IMG/VR virus record: IMGVR_UViG_3300010362_000078
Span: 1 to 29,367 of that record
Origin: a virus
Lineage: Duplodnaviria > Caudoviricetes
Strand: one strand, 5' to 3'
DNA length: 29,367 nt
This document shows, one piece after another, positions 16,548 to 25,474 of this stretch. The stretch's first letter is position 1. Every line of letters starts with the position of its first letter. A model generated the notes under the pieces. That model searched no databases, was not told the origin of the DNA, and worked only from the letters and a program-made list of their open reading frames with translations. Position numbers and translations under genes: made by a program.

Positions 16548-18159
16548 GCCACCGAGCGGTGGTGGCGTGTTGCCGATGATCCATGTTGTGGACGGTGAAA
16601 TAGCCCGTGTTGTGGATGAGCTGCAGGATATTTTGATAAACGCTGGTAAGCCGGTGTTTATACGCGCTGGTGCATTGGTGCAACCGATTTATGTTACACA
16701 TGATGCCGGTGATGGGCGCAAAACGCGGGTGACTATAATTCAGCCGTATGATGCTGGGCGTTTGCGCTATCTGGTCAACAAAAGGGTGGTGCGCTTCGTG
16801 CGGCATGATGGGCGGCGACGGCGTGTGACTGTGATTGATCCGCCGGAAAAAGTTCTGAGCACGCTGCTGGTGCTTAAGCATTGGAAGTTTCAACAATTGT
16901 ACGGCGTGTTCAATTCGCCGACCATGCGGCCGGATGGCTCTATCATTTGCGACAGAGGTTATGACGCGGAAACGCATTTGTGGTTAGAATGGGAAGATGA
17001 TATCAAGCTGCCATTTGATGTGATCCATGGCCAGCCGACGAAAGATGATGCCATCGCTGCATTACAATTGCTAAAGGGTCTTATGACCGGTTTCCCATTC
17101 GTGAGCCAATTAGATGAAGCCATTGCGCTCGCGGCGATTATGACTGCGGTGCTGCACGGAGCGTTTAATTTGTCGCCGATGTTCTTGTTTGTGGCACACA
17201 CATCGGGTGATGGCAAGAGCTACATGGCTGATCTGATAGCAGCCATCGCCACTGGCAAGCTGTGTCCGGTGATCGCGGCCAGCCGCAGTGAAGAGGAAAT
17301 GCAGAAACAGCTCGCCACCGTGTTGTTGGACAGTCCTTCAATGATCTCGCTGGACAATCTTACGCGCGATGTCAATGATGAAATTTTATGCCAGATGTGC
17401 ACGCAAACTTTTATCAAGGTGCGCATACTCGGCAAGAGTGAAATGTCAGAATGTACTTGGCGCGGCACGTTGCTCGGCACTGGCAACAATATACAGTTCA
17501 GTGCCGATATGCTGCGGCGTGGTCTCACTTGCCAAATCAATGCAAAGATGGAAAATCCAGAAAGCAGGCACTTCGCCTTCGATCCGATCGAGCGTGTGTT
17601 GCAAGATCGTGGCAAATACATCGCTGCCGTCCTCACCATCGCGCGCGCTTATATTCTTGATGAAAACAAAGTTCAATGCGCGCCAAATGGCTTCAATAAA
17701 TGGAGTGCGATGGTGCGCGAGCCGCTGCTCTGGTTGGGGTGCGAGGATCCAGCTAAGTCGGTCGCTGCGGCGCGGACACAGGATCGTGCGCGGGTGGCAG
17801 ATAAAATCATCATCGGTTGGGTGGTGGCCAACTTTGGCACTCGGCCTTTCACCGCGCGGGCGCTGACGGAGGCGGCTCGGGACCAAGACCTGGGCAATTT
17901 CGGCGGTGCTATGACACCGTTGCGCCATCCCGAGCTCCACGACGCCTTGCTCGAAGTGGCACCCGGAGCGCGTAATCAACTTGAGGTCAGATCGGTCGGC
18001 CGGTGGCTGACAAAGACTGTAGGCAAAACGAGATTCTTGGTTATTGATGGAATTTGTGCTGACTATAGCATTGAAATATTTGCAGAAAACTCACATGATG
18101 GGCATAAATTTAGAGCTCTGCAAAGAAACCCGGAAAACCACCCTAGGACGGGGTTATAG
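16522..18159 (+). CDS. Primase-associated P-loop ATPase/helicase
   Basis: PTMRPDGS...GYD, Walker A HTSGDGKS, LDN Walker B, TGNN..FSADMLRR; AGGAG RBS before GTG 16522. Confidence 0.8.
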   Translation: MTDNVIRFEPPSGGGVLPMIHVVDGEIARVVDELQDILINAGKPVFIRAGALVQPIYVTHDAGDGRKTRVTIIQPYDAGRLRYLVNKRVVRFVRHDGRRRRVTVIDPPEKVLSTLLVLKHWKFQQLYGVFNSPTMRPDGSIICDRGYDAETHLWLEWEDDIKLPFDVIHGQPTKDDAIAALQLLKGLMTGFPFVSQLDEAIALAAIMTAVLHGAFNLSPMFLFVAHTSGDGKSYMADLIAAIATGKLCPVIAASRSEEEMQKQLATVLLDSPSMISLDNLTRDVNDEILCQMCTQTFIKVRILGKSEMSECTWRGTLLGTGNNIQFSADMLRRGLTCQINAKMENPESRHFAFDPIERVLQDRGKYIAAVLTIARAYILDENKVQCAPNGFNKWSAMVREPLLWLGCEDPAKSVAAARTQDRARVADKIIIGWVVANFGTRPFTARALTEAARDQDLGNFGGAMTPLRHPELHDALLEVAPGARNQLEVRSVGRWLTKTVGKTRFLVIDGICADYSIEIFAENSHDGHKFRALQRNPENHPRTGL

Positions 18160-18270
18160 AGGGTTTCTCCTTCTCTTTAACCTAGCGCGAGAGAAATAGA
18201 ATAGAAGAAACCAAAAAGCGTATATTTAGCTAAGGGCTAGAAACATCTACGCAAACCCGTATAAACCCGG
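18149..18270. repeat. Imperfect inverted repeat flanking an AT/purine-skewed spacer (candidate replication origin)
   Basis: GGGGTTATAGAGGGTTT ... AAACCCGTATAAACCCG at the end of the helicase gene. Confidence 0.45.
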
Positions 18271-18285
18271 TGAGAGCAATTTTCC

Positions 18286-18315
18286 TTGCCAAAGATGGGC
18301 AAATCGAGCGATAAG
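18286..18315 (+). promoter_or_regulatory. Putative late-leader promoter
   Basis: TTTTCC-TTGCCA -35 context matches 15555-15565; weak -10 (CGATAA/GATAAG). Confidence 0.4.
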
Positions 18316-18379
18316 GCCGAGCACACCCTCCAGCCGCGTCTCACACCGCGCCGCTGTGAAGGGTCAAGGTCATGACCTG

Positions 18380-18443
18380 GCAGCTCACCAGGACTGCTCG
18401 AATGCGGAACCATAAGAGTGGTCGGTGAGCTGCTTATTTTTTT
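18380..18443 (+). terminator. Long intrinsic terminator-like hairpin upstream of the NusG paralog
   Basis: GCAGCTCACC/GGTGAGCTGC 10-bp stem, inner GACTGCTC/GAGTGGTC stem, then TTATTTTTTT. Confidence 0.7.
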
Positions 18444-18575
18444 GTGGCGTGTGTGAGTTTGTTGCAGTTGAAGTTGTTTGCTAATCGGAAATTGCGCGTG
18501 CAGTGTGAGGGGAAGGTGAGTGTGCTACAAATTCCAAAATAGACTCTCTAGTCCTGTACTGGCGGGCAGCCACTG

Positions 18576-19058
18576 ATGCACTGGTACGTGGTGCAGACGA
18601 AGCCAAATTTAGAATCGCGCGTGCAGCGTGAATTGGAAGATCGCTTTATTCCCAGTTACTTACCACGCGAACGGGTGCGCAAGCGCCACATTGGCCGCAT
18701 GGTTGAGGCGATGGAGCCGCTGTTTCGCGGTTACATTTTTGCCGCGTTTGATTTGCGAGACGAACGCTGGAAGAGAATTGCCACGACAAAAGGCGTCTTG
18801 TCCATCTTGCCGCGCTTGTCAAATCCAGTCGCCATTCGAGCTGATGAAGTTGCGGGCTTGCGCGACGCGGAAGAACAAGGCATATTTCGCCGTGGTGAAG
18901 TGCGACCGGGTGAAAATGTTCGAGTGTATCGAGGCTTCCTTGCCAATCAGATTTTGCGTTGTGTTGAGAGTCGTGGCGAGCGAGTGAAATTGTTGTGGGT
19001 GTGTTTGGGTGCGCCGCGTGTAGTGGAAGTACAACTGTCTGATGTTACTGTTGCTTGA
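18576..19058 (+). CDS. NusG/RfaH-family transcription antitermination factor
   Basis: NGN domain WYVVQTKPNLE...PLFRGYIF...TKGV; KOW-like GENVRVYRG. Confidence 0.92.
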   Translation: MHWYVVQTKPNLESRVQRELEDRFIPSYLPRERVRKRHIGRMVEAMEPLFRGYIFAAFDLRDERWKRIATTKGVLSILPRLSNPVAIRADEVAGLRDAEEQGIFRRGEVRPGENVRVYRGFLANQILRCVESRGERVKLLWVCLGAPRVVEVQLSDVTVA

Positions 19059-19145
19059 GAGTTGGTTGTACGGCCTTGTGTTCATCCCGCTCAGCTGAGA
19101 TCGGGACTATCCGGAGGCGTGGGTGAAATAGATCTGGGAAATTCT

Positions 19146-19583
19146 ATGCCGCGTCCTAAAGGTTCAAAAAACAAACGAACACTTTATTTACAAGCGCAAG
19201 TGCAAGATGCGCTTGAGGCTTGCAAAAAGGCCGAAGTGTCGTTGCCGTCTATTATGGTTGAATCAATTAAATTATTGCGATGCGTGGCAATGGCTTCAAT
19301 TACCATTCGTGGGCGCGAGCGAAATAGATCGCAAGAAGAACTTATTGCCGGGATGAGCGATTTGATGAAAAATCAATTGGCTGCTCGTTTATTTAAATTA
19401 GTACAAGCGACAGTATGGTTGATGGAGTTCACGCATCCGAAGCTAGCGCGTGTTGAACATTCTGGCAAAGATGGCGGGCCGATAGAGCACACGCATGAAC
19501 AAGCCAGCGAGTATGTCCGTTCACGAATCGATCGCCTTGTTGAGCGACGACGAGCGGACGAGCTTATTTCAGGACCTCACTAA
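19146..19583 (+). CDS. Probable terminase small subunit
   Basis: RPKGSKNKRT N-terminus, HPKLARVEHSGKDGGPIE C-terminus, immediately upstream of TerL. Confidence 0.7.
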   Translation: MPRPKGSKNKRTLYLQAQVQDALEACKKAEVSLPSIMVESIKLLRCVAMASITIRGRERNRSQEELIAGMSDLMKNQLAARLFKLVQATVWLMEFTHPKLARVEHSGKDGGPIEHTHEQASEYVRSRIDRLVERRRADELISGPH

Positions 19584-20844
19584 ACGCGGACTGTGGGAGA
19601 AGCTGCGTTGGGATTGGGACGGTTTTTGGGCCCGACCAGCGCAGCGCATGCCAGCAGGCGATTGGTTGGTGTGGTTGATTCTTGCCGGGCGCGGTTACGG
19701 CAAAACGCGCGTTGGCAGCGAAGTGATAAGGAGCTGGGCTTGCGGCCGCACGCCCCTTGAGCGTGGCAAGTTCGAGCGCATGGCACTGGTGGCTGAGACT
19801 GCTGCCGATGTGCGCGATGTCATGGTTGAGGGTGAGAGCGGCATCCTTGCCGTGCATCCGTCGGGCTTCAAGCCGTTTTACGAGCCATCCAAGCGGCGCT
19901 TGACTTGGCCGAACGGGGCGATGGCTTTCACTTACAATGCCACTGAACCAGATCAGCTGCGCGGTCCGCAACATGACGCGGCGTGGTGTGATGAACTAGC
20001 GAAGTGGCGCTACGCTGAGGACACTTACGCTATGCTACAGTTTGGCATGCGTCTCGGCGAGCGCCCTCGCTACGTCATCACCACAACGCCGCGTCCGATC
20101 CGCGTGCTCAAGGAAATTATGGATGCAAATGACACCGTGATCACACGCGGCACGACCGCAGAAAATCGCAACAATCTGCCGGCATCGTTTTATGAGAAGG
20201 TGTTCAAGCGATACAGCGGCACGCGTCTCGGCCGACAGGAACTCGATGCTGAGATTCTCGACGACAATCCAAATGCGTTGTGGTCGCGTGACGCGATCGA
20301 TGACAGGCGCGTCGATGAACCGAATGAACTTGAGCGTGTCGTGATTGCAATTGATCCTTCCGGCACGCGTGGCGATGCTGAGCAGTCCGCGAATGATGTT
20401 GGCATTGTTGTAGCTGGCCGTGCTCACAACGATCATGCTTATGTGCTTGCTGATCGCACTTGCAATCTTTCTCCAGCGCAGTGGGCAGCGCGTGCAATTG
20501 CCGCTTATCGTGAATTTGGTTGTGATCGGCTCGTCGCAGAGCGCAATTTCGGTGGCGCGATGGTTGAGCATGTAATTCGTACTGCTGATCCCGACGTGAG
20601 CTACCGTGAGGTAACAGCGAGCCGTGGTAAGTGGGTGCGCGCAGAACCCGTCGCGGCGCTGTACGAGCAAGGGCGCGTGCATCACGTCGGGAGCTTCCCG
20701 CAGCTAGAAGATGAGATGCTTGACTTCACGCCTGATGGCATGGCGAATGGCGAAAGTCCAAATCGGCTTGACGCACTTGTGTGGGCGCTGACTGAGCTTA
20801 TGCTTAAAAGCCCGGTGCCATCGCCGCAGCTTGGGGGATATTGA
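19495..20844 (+). CDS. terL: Terminase large subunit (GTA-like / terminase_6 type)
   Basis: AGRGYGKT Walker A, LRGPQHDAAWCDE Walker B, TTTP coupling motif, IAIDP and SPNRLDALVW nuclease motifs; start may be ATG 19513. Confidence 0.96.
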   Translation: MNKPASMSVHESIALLSDDERTSLFQDLTKRGLWEKLRWDWDGFWARPAQRMPAGDWLVWLILAGRGYGKTRVGSEVIRSWACGRTPLERGKFERMALVAETAADVRDVMVEGESGILAVHPSGFKPFYEPSKRRLTWPNGAMAFTYNATEPDQLRGPQHDAAWCDELAKWRYAEDTYAMLQFGMRLGERPRYVITTTPRPIRVLKEIMDANDTVITRGTTAENRNNLPASFYEKVFKRYSGTRLGRQELDAEILDDNPNALWSRDAIDDRRVDEPNELERVVIAIDPSGTRGDAEQSANDVGIVVAGRAHNDHAYVLADRTCNLSPAQWAARAIAAYREFGCDRLVAERNFGGAMVEHVIRTADPDVSYREVTASRGKWVRAEPVAALYEQGRVHHVGSFPQLEDEMLDFTPDGMANGESPNRLDALVWALTELMLKSPVPSPQLGGY

Positions 20845-21056
20845 TGCACATCGTGAAAGAACCAATGGTGCTGAATTTCGCGCGCCGTAAGATCACAATG
20901 GAGTTCGATAATCAAGGACGCGTGCACTGCAAGCTCGATAATCTGCCGCCCATGCAAGTCTCGATCTGCCACTTCACGGCGAACGGTGGGCTGCTCGTGT
21001 TGTTCGAACCAGTGTCGCCACCACCGCTGCCGCCTTTGCCAGAGATGGTTTCTTAA
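20844..21056 (+). CDS. Hypothetical protein
   Basis: 1-nt stop/start overlaps with TerL and portal. Confidence 0.6.
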   Translation: MHIVKEPMVLNFARRKITMEFDNQGRVHCKLDNLPPMQVSICHFTANGGLLVLFEPVSPPPLPPLPEMVS

Positions 21057-22723
21057 TGCCGTTCCCTGATTTCCCGGTTGGGTTGGGTGAGAAGGCCGAT
21101 CCCGGCACGAAGCTCGATCCGTCGTCGGTGTCGAGCGATTATCTCGCGTTGCAAGACTATTGGACGCTCGTCGATACGATCCTGGGCGGCAAGGAGGCGA
21201 TGCAGAAAGCAGGTGAGAAATACTTGCCGCGCTTTCAGGAAGAGAATCGCTTATCGAAAGACAGCCAACAGCGGCCGTACGATCCTTATGCGCGGCGATT
21301 GCAACAAGCGCCATTCACCAATATCTTCGACGACATCTTGAAGAACCTTGCCAGCAAGCCGTTCTCGCGCGAGCTGAAGCTCAAGGATGGAACGCCCAAG
21401 CCATATCTTGATCTTGCCGAGAACATTGACGCGCAGGGCAACAACTTCCATGTCTTCGGGCATGATGTGTTTCGTGATACGCTGGCGCATGCGCTAGCTT
21501 GGATACTTGTTGATTACACAAAAGCGACGGCGCGGCCAGATGGCGCGCCGTTGAGCAAAGCAGAAGAATCGCGACAAGGCTTGCGCCCGTATTGGGTGTG
21601 GATCAGCGCGCCACGCATGCTCGCGGCTTATTCCGACGTGATCGATGGCGAGGAGATGATCACGCACGCGCGCTATCGCGAAGACACAGTTAAGCTCGAC
21701 AGCTTCCTTGAGGTCTTGGTCGAGCGTGTGCGCGTGTTGTGGCGCGAGCCAGTCGCGTTCGACGCGGCAGGCAAGCCAACCGCCTATGGCGGCGCGTTCT
21801 GGGCGTTGTGGGAACGCATTCAGCCACCGGGCGGGCAGACGAGCGGCGTGTGGCAGATCATCGACACGGGCGAGTACACGATTGGTTATCTGCCATTGGT
21901 GCCAGTCTTCCTTGGCGAGCGCAAGTACGCCACCTATCAAGTCGAGCCGCCGCTGCGTAATCTCGCTTGGATGCAGCTCGAGGAATACAACCTTGAGAGC
22001 AACATTCAAGGGATTGGCGATGCGACGTGCTTCCCGATGTTTGCATGCATTGGCATGGTCATGCCGAAAGAGGGGCCGCTCGTCGTTGGCCCGCGCAGCG
22101 TGATCTACGTGCCGCCGCCAGCGGAAGGCGCGCAGGGTGATTTCAAGGCGGTTGAGCCGAGCGGATCGAGTGTCAACGTCATGGTCAATCGGCTGAAGGA
22201 GGCGCGCACGGAGATGCGCGACCTTGGCATGCAGCCATTGACGCAAAGCAACTTGACTGTGATCACCACCGGACAGGTGGCGGTGAAAGCCAACTCGCAA
22301 GTCGAAGCGTGGGCGATCAGATTTCGCGATGCGCTTGAGCTGTGCTGGATGATCACTGCGGACTGGCTCGGCAATCCAAACTATCAGCCTGAAGTGATCA
22401 TCCATCTTGACTACAGCGCGGCCATGGATCAAGGTGTCGGCTTCAATTCCGTGCAGCAGATGCGGCTCAACAAGGACGTGTCGCGCGAGACGGTGACGGC
22501 AGCGGCGCAGCGCTATGGTTACTTGCCTGACGACTATGACCCCAAGCAAGACGCCGAGTTGCTCGCTGAGGAAGAACAAGGCTTGATGCCGGAGACGCAG
22601 ATCAATCCCGTCACTGGCCAGCCGATCGCTGCTCCTGGCCCACCGCAGCCTCCTCCGCAACCTCCTCCGCAGCCGCCGCCGCAACCTCCTGGTCGCAATG
22701 GCGGTCGCGCTCTGACGCGATGA
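21056..22723 (+). CDS. Portal protein (DUF4055-like)
   Basis: W..VDTILGG..AM..AGEKYLP...E...Y..RL, IDAQGN, ILVDY, RPYW, PPL..LA; position after TerL. Confidence 0.88.
   Translation: MPFPDFPVGLGEKADPGTKLDPSSVSSDYLALQDYWTLVDTILGGKEAMQKAGEKYLPRFQEENRLSKDSQQRPYDPYARRLQQAPFTNIFDDILKNLASKPFSRELKLKDGTPKPYLDLAENIDAQGNNFHVFGHDVFRDTLAHALAWILVDYTKATARPDGAPLSKAEESRQGLRPYWVWISAPRMLAAYSDVIDGEEMITHARYREDTVKLDSFLEVLVERVRVLWREPVAFDAAGKPTAYGGAFWALWERIQPPGGQTSGVWQIIDTGEYTIGYLPLVPVFLGERKYATYQVEPPLRNLAWMQLEEYNLESNIQGIGDATCFPMFACIGMVMPKEGPLVVGPRSVIYVPPPAEGAQGDFKAVEPSGSSVNVMVNRLKEARTEMRDLGMQPLTQSNLTVITTGQVAVKANSQVEAWAIRFRDALELCWMITADWLGNPNYQPEVIIHLDYSAAMDQGVGFNSVQQMRLNKDVSRETVTAAAQRYGYLPDDYDPKQDAELLAEEEQGLMPETQINPVTGQPIAAPGPPQPPPQPPPQPPPQPPGRNGGRALTR
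22640..22690 (+). repeat. Imperfect 12-nt tandem repeat encoding (PPQP)x4 in portal tail
   Basis: CCACCGCAGCCT CCTCCGCAACCT CCTCCGCAGCCG CCGCCGCAACCT. Confidence 0.85.
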
Positions 22724-22840
22724 AGTGGGATCAGCGCTGCATTCGTTGCGACAAGCCGCGCTTCCCAGGATGGGCGATGTGTCGAACTTGTATGGAGCGC
22801 GCGTATCGCGTTGCTTCACACACAACCAAGGGAGATGATC

Positions 22841-23074
22841 ATGGCAACGGCAAACGTCAGCGGAATCAACATGGAAATGGAGAGCGGTTATCCGAGCGGC
22901 GAGGACATCACTCAGTCCGCGCAAGCGACCGCGATGCTCAAGGCTGAATTTGATCGCATCGCCTATGGCGGCGGGCGCAGCGGCACTGACGTGTCGGTGG
23001 CGAAGCACATGGGTGTCGATCTTAACATCGCGCCGTTCCCTGTGCTGCCGTGGAGCAACACAGCGATTCGCTAG
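22841..23074 (+). CDS. Hypothetical protein
   Basis: AAGGGAG RBS; 77 aa. Confidence 0.65.
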   Translation: MATANVSGINMEMESGYPSGEDITQSAQATAMLKAEFDRIAYGGGRSGTDVSVAKHMGVDLNIAPFPVLPWSNTAIR

Positions 23075-23083
23075 GAGGTTGAC

Positions 23084-23248
23084 ATGGCAAAGGCACGGCT
23101 CGGCACGGGCAAGCGTTTCGCCGCGTTGAAGAACAAGCTTTCGCACAACACCGCGATCAGCAATCCGGCGGCTGTCGCCGCGTTTATTGGGCGCAAGAAA
23201 TATGGCGCTCGCCGGTTTGCTAAGTTGGCGGCGCGCGGGCGCAAATGA
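23084..23248 (+). CDS. 54-aa highly basic protein (not in ORF track)
   Basis: MAKARLGTGKRFAALKNKLSHNTAISNPAAVAAFIGRKKYGARRFAKLAARGRK; AGGAGG RBS. Confidence 0.8.
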   Translation: MAKARLGTGKRFAALKNKLSHNTAISNPAAVAAFIGRKKYGARRFAKLAARGRK

Positions 23249-23249
23249 G

Positions 23250-23918
23250 TTGATCCTTCATCAGACCCTTGCCACTCGGCTCGCTCGTGATGCTGACGCA
23301 CTGCGCACCGCCATTGCTGAGCACGAGGGCATGTTCCCGCATGATCCGCCGGATCAAGTGCGGCTCGTGCAGCTGGCGCAACAATTGGAAGCGGCTAACG
23401 CGCTAGCGCCCGGCGATTATGTTGAGCTCGGTGTTTTGTTCGGGCAGACACTTAAGTTCATCCACCGCTACGTTGATCCGGTGCGGGTGTTGTATGGCTT
23501 TGACACATTCACCGGTTTCGATTCACGCGACATCGCTATCGAGCGCGGCATTTACCCGTGCCATTGGCGCGCGGGAAACTTCAAGCAAACTTCGGTGGTT
23601 AAGGTCACTGAGTATCTCGGCAACCCGGCCAATCTCAAGCTCGTGGCTGGTTGGTTTCCGGCCTCGTTCGAGCCGTTCGAGCATTTGCGCTGGCGCTTTG
23701 CGCATATCGACATGGACCTGTACGCGCCGACACGTTCTGCGTTACATGCGCTTTGGCCCGGCATGGTCCCCGGCGGCGTGATCATGTTGCATGATTACGG
23801 CTGTGAGAGCTTTCGTGTGCGGCTCGCGGTAGATGAATTCTGCCGTTACGTCGTCGGCACACCGGCGATTGAGCTGGCAGATCGCTACAGCACTGCCGTC
23901 ATTCGCAAACCTTGGTGA
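23250..23918 (+). CDS. TylF/MycF/NovP-family O-methyltransferase
   Basis: GDYVELGV..G, FDTFTGF, GWFPASF, HIDMDLY, MVPGG.I..HDY; start uncertain (TTG 23250 or ATG 23331). Confidence 0.9.
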   Translation: MILHQTLATRLARDADALRTAIAEHEGMFPHDPPDQVRLVQLAQQLEAANALAPGDYVELGVLFGQTLKFIHRYVDPVRVLYGFDTFTGFDSRDIAIERGIYPCHWRAGNFKQTSVVKVTEYLGNPANLKLVAGWFPASFEPFEHLRWRFAHIDMDLYAPTRSALHALWPGMVPGGVIMLHDYGCESFRVRLAVDEFCRYVVGTPAIELADRYSTAVIRKPW

Positions 23919-23922
23919 GGCA

Positions 23923-24654
23923 ATGAAGCGTTCAATTTGGATTGGCTATGATGAGCGCGAGGAGCTGGCCTATCAGGTCTGCCGTCGCTCGCTCTTGCGC
24001 CGTAAGCGCGGTGAGATTGCCGTGCATCGTCTCGACGTGCGGGCGCTACAGGCGTCTGGTGTCTACACGCGCCCGACGCATGAACGGGATGGCAAGCTCA
24101 TCGACGAGCTGTCGGCGCGTCCTGGTTATGATGGTGTGATCTCGACGTGGCACGCCAATGGGCGTTTCTTCGTGCCAATATTCGCTGCACAAGGCTGGGC
24201 GTTATTCATGGACGGCGACATGCTGGTGCGCGGCGACATTTCGCGCGTGTTCGATAATCTCAATCCAGACATGGCGGTTTACTGTGTCAAACACGATCAT
24301 GAGCCAGTCGAGATCAGCAAAAAAGGCGGCGATGTGCAGACGCGTTACGCCTGTAAGAATTGGTCATCGTTTATGATCTTCAACTGTGAGCATCCCGCCA
24401 ACGAGGCACTTGAAACGCTGGTCAATCACGTGCCTGGCCGTGAACTGCATCGATTCTGTTGGCTCGATCATCGGCAGATCGGTGCGCTTGATCGCGGCTG
24501 GAACCATCTCGTTGGCTACTCGCAACCGCACCCGGATCCGCAGGTTGTGCATTTCACCTCCGGCACACCGAACCTTTCCGGATACGAGAATTGCGAGTAC
24601 GCCGACGAGTGGCGCGCCGAGGCGGAAAAAGTTATTCCGTCGACAGTATCATGA
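23923..24654 (+). CDS. GT-A fold glycosyltransferase (GT8-like)
   Basis: IGYDERE..AY.V...S, RFFVP, ALFMDGDML (DxD), KNWSS, WNHLVG, VHFTSG.P. Confidence 0.85.
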   Translation: MKRSIWIGYDEREELAYQVCRRSLLRRKRGEIAVHRLDVRALQASGVYTRPTHERDGKLIDELSARPGYDGVISTWHANGRFFVPIFAAQGWALFMDGDMLVRGDISRVFDNLNPDMAVYCVKHDHEPVEISKKGGDVQTRYACKNWSSFMIFNCEHPANEALETLVNHVPGRELHRFCWLDHRQIGALDRGWNHLVGYSQPHPDPQVVHFTSGTPNLSGYENCEYADEWRAEAEKVIPSTVS

Positions 24655-24917
24655 CGATCGACCCTCGCGTTGGTTTCTGGCTGTCCATCGTCGCGGCGGC
24701 GCTTTCTTTTTTGGCTGGTGCAGGCGCCACCATGGGCGATCTGTTTGGACCAGACAACGCTAAAGTTGTTCTTGGCATCATTGTGCTGCTCAACGGAGTC
24801 ATCAATGCTGTCAACGCTGTGCTGCACGCCATTCCATCAAAGCCTGGACGGTTCGATGAATTTCCACTAGCGCCGAAGGCGTTGAAAGAGGATGCTCGCA
24901 AGGAGCAGGAGAAGTGA
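24651..24917 (+). CDS. Two-TM membrane protein, holin-like
   Basis: Two hydrophobic segments, charged C-terminal tail; ATGA overlap. Confidence 0.5.
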   Translation: MTIDPRVGFWLSIVAAALSFLAGAGATMGDLFGPDNAKVVLGIIVLLNGVINAVNAVLHAIPSKPGRFDEFPLAPKALKEDARKEQEK

Positions 24918-25222
24918 AAGAGCGACCTCCGCTGTTTCTGCCGCGCTGTTTGTGGAACTGGATCATGCGCTTGCTAGGCATAACCATGGCATTTTTTGCA
25001 GTAGCGCTGCTATCAGGGTGCGCTTCGATCATGCCATTGCTCGGTGGTCTGAGCACGGGAGGGTTTGGCGGCGCTGCGGTCTCTGGCGCGGGCAACGTCG
25101 TCGGCGGTGAGATAGCTAAGAATGAGATCGCGTGGCTTAGGCAGTGGCGGCTCTGTCGCAAGCAATATCGCGCGCGCGACGCCCGCCGCGCCTGCATGGA
25201 ACGCTATCGCTTAACACGCTAG
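24914..25222 (+). CDS. Putative lipoprotein with Gly-rich hydrophobic segment
   Basis: Lipobox LLSGC after a hydrophobic stretch (start possibly ATG 24965). Confidence 0.6.
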   Translation: MKERPPLFLPRCLWNWIMRLLGITMAFFAVALLSGCASIMPLLGGLSTGGFGGAAVSGAGNVVGGEIAKNEIAWLRQWRLCRKQYRARDARRACMERYRLTR

Positions 25223-25233
25223 GGAGCGATCAA

Positions 25234-25473
25234 ATGGCCGAACCTACCACCGAAGAACTGAACGCCGGATTCGACGCGGCTTACGCCGATCTGATCGACT
25301 GGTTGATGCACTCGCCGGAGATCGATCGGAACATCCCGTTCGTCGGCAACCTCAAGGATATCATGGTGAGCAAGGTGAAATCGACGGAGGGCCGTTCGCG
25401 GTTGCTCCGGCTCGTGCACGACATCATCGTCGCCGACAACGCGGTAGAGGCAAAAGCGAAAGCAGGAGGATGA
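25234..25473 (+). CDS. Hypothetical protein
   Basis: AGGGAG RBS before ATG 25234. Confidence 0.65.
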   Translation: MAEPTTEELNAGFDAAYADLIDWLMHSPEIDRNIPFVGNLKDIMVSKVKSTEGRSRLLRLVHDIIVADNAVEAKAKAGG

Positions 25474-25474
25474 T

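Noticed and set aside
18560-18575. GGCGGGCAGCC as an RfaH ops element
   Set aside because: Does not match the GGCGGTAG core; only superficial similarity.
18300-18575. tRNA or CRISPR array in the long intergenic region
   Set aside because: No cloverleaf or T-loop GTTCGA consensus and no regularly spaced repeats.
21494-23146. 550-aa antisense ORF opposite the portal
   Set aside because: Shadow ORF from GC-rich codon bias. The RRRL repeats mirror the PPQP repeat; no motifs or RBS.
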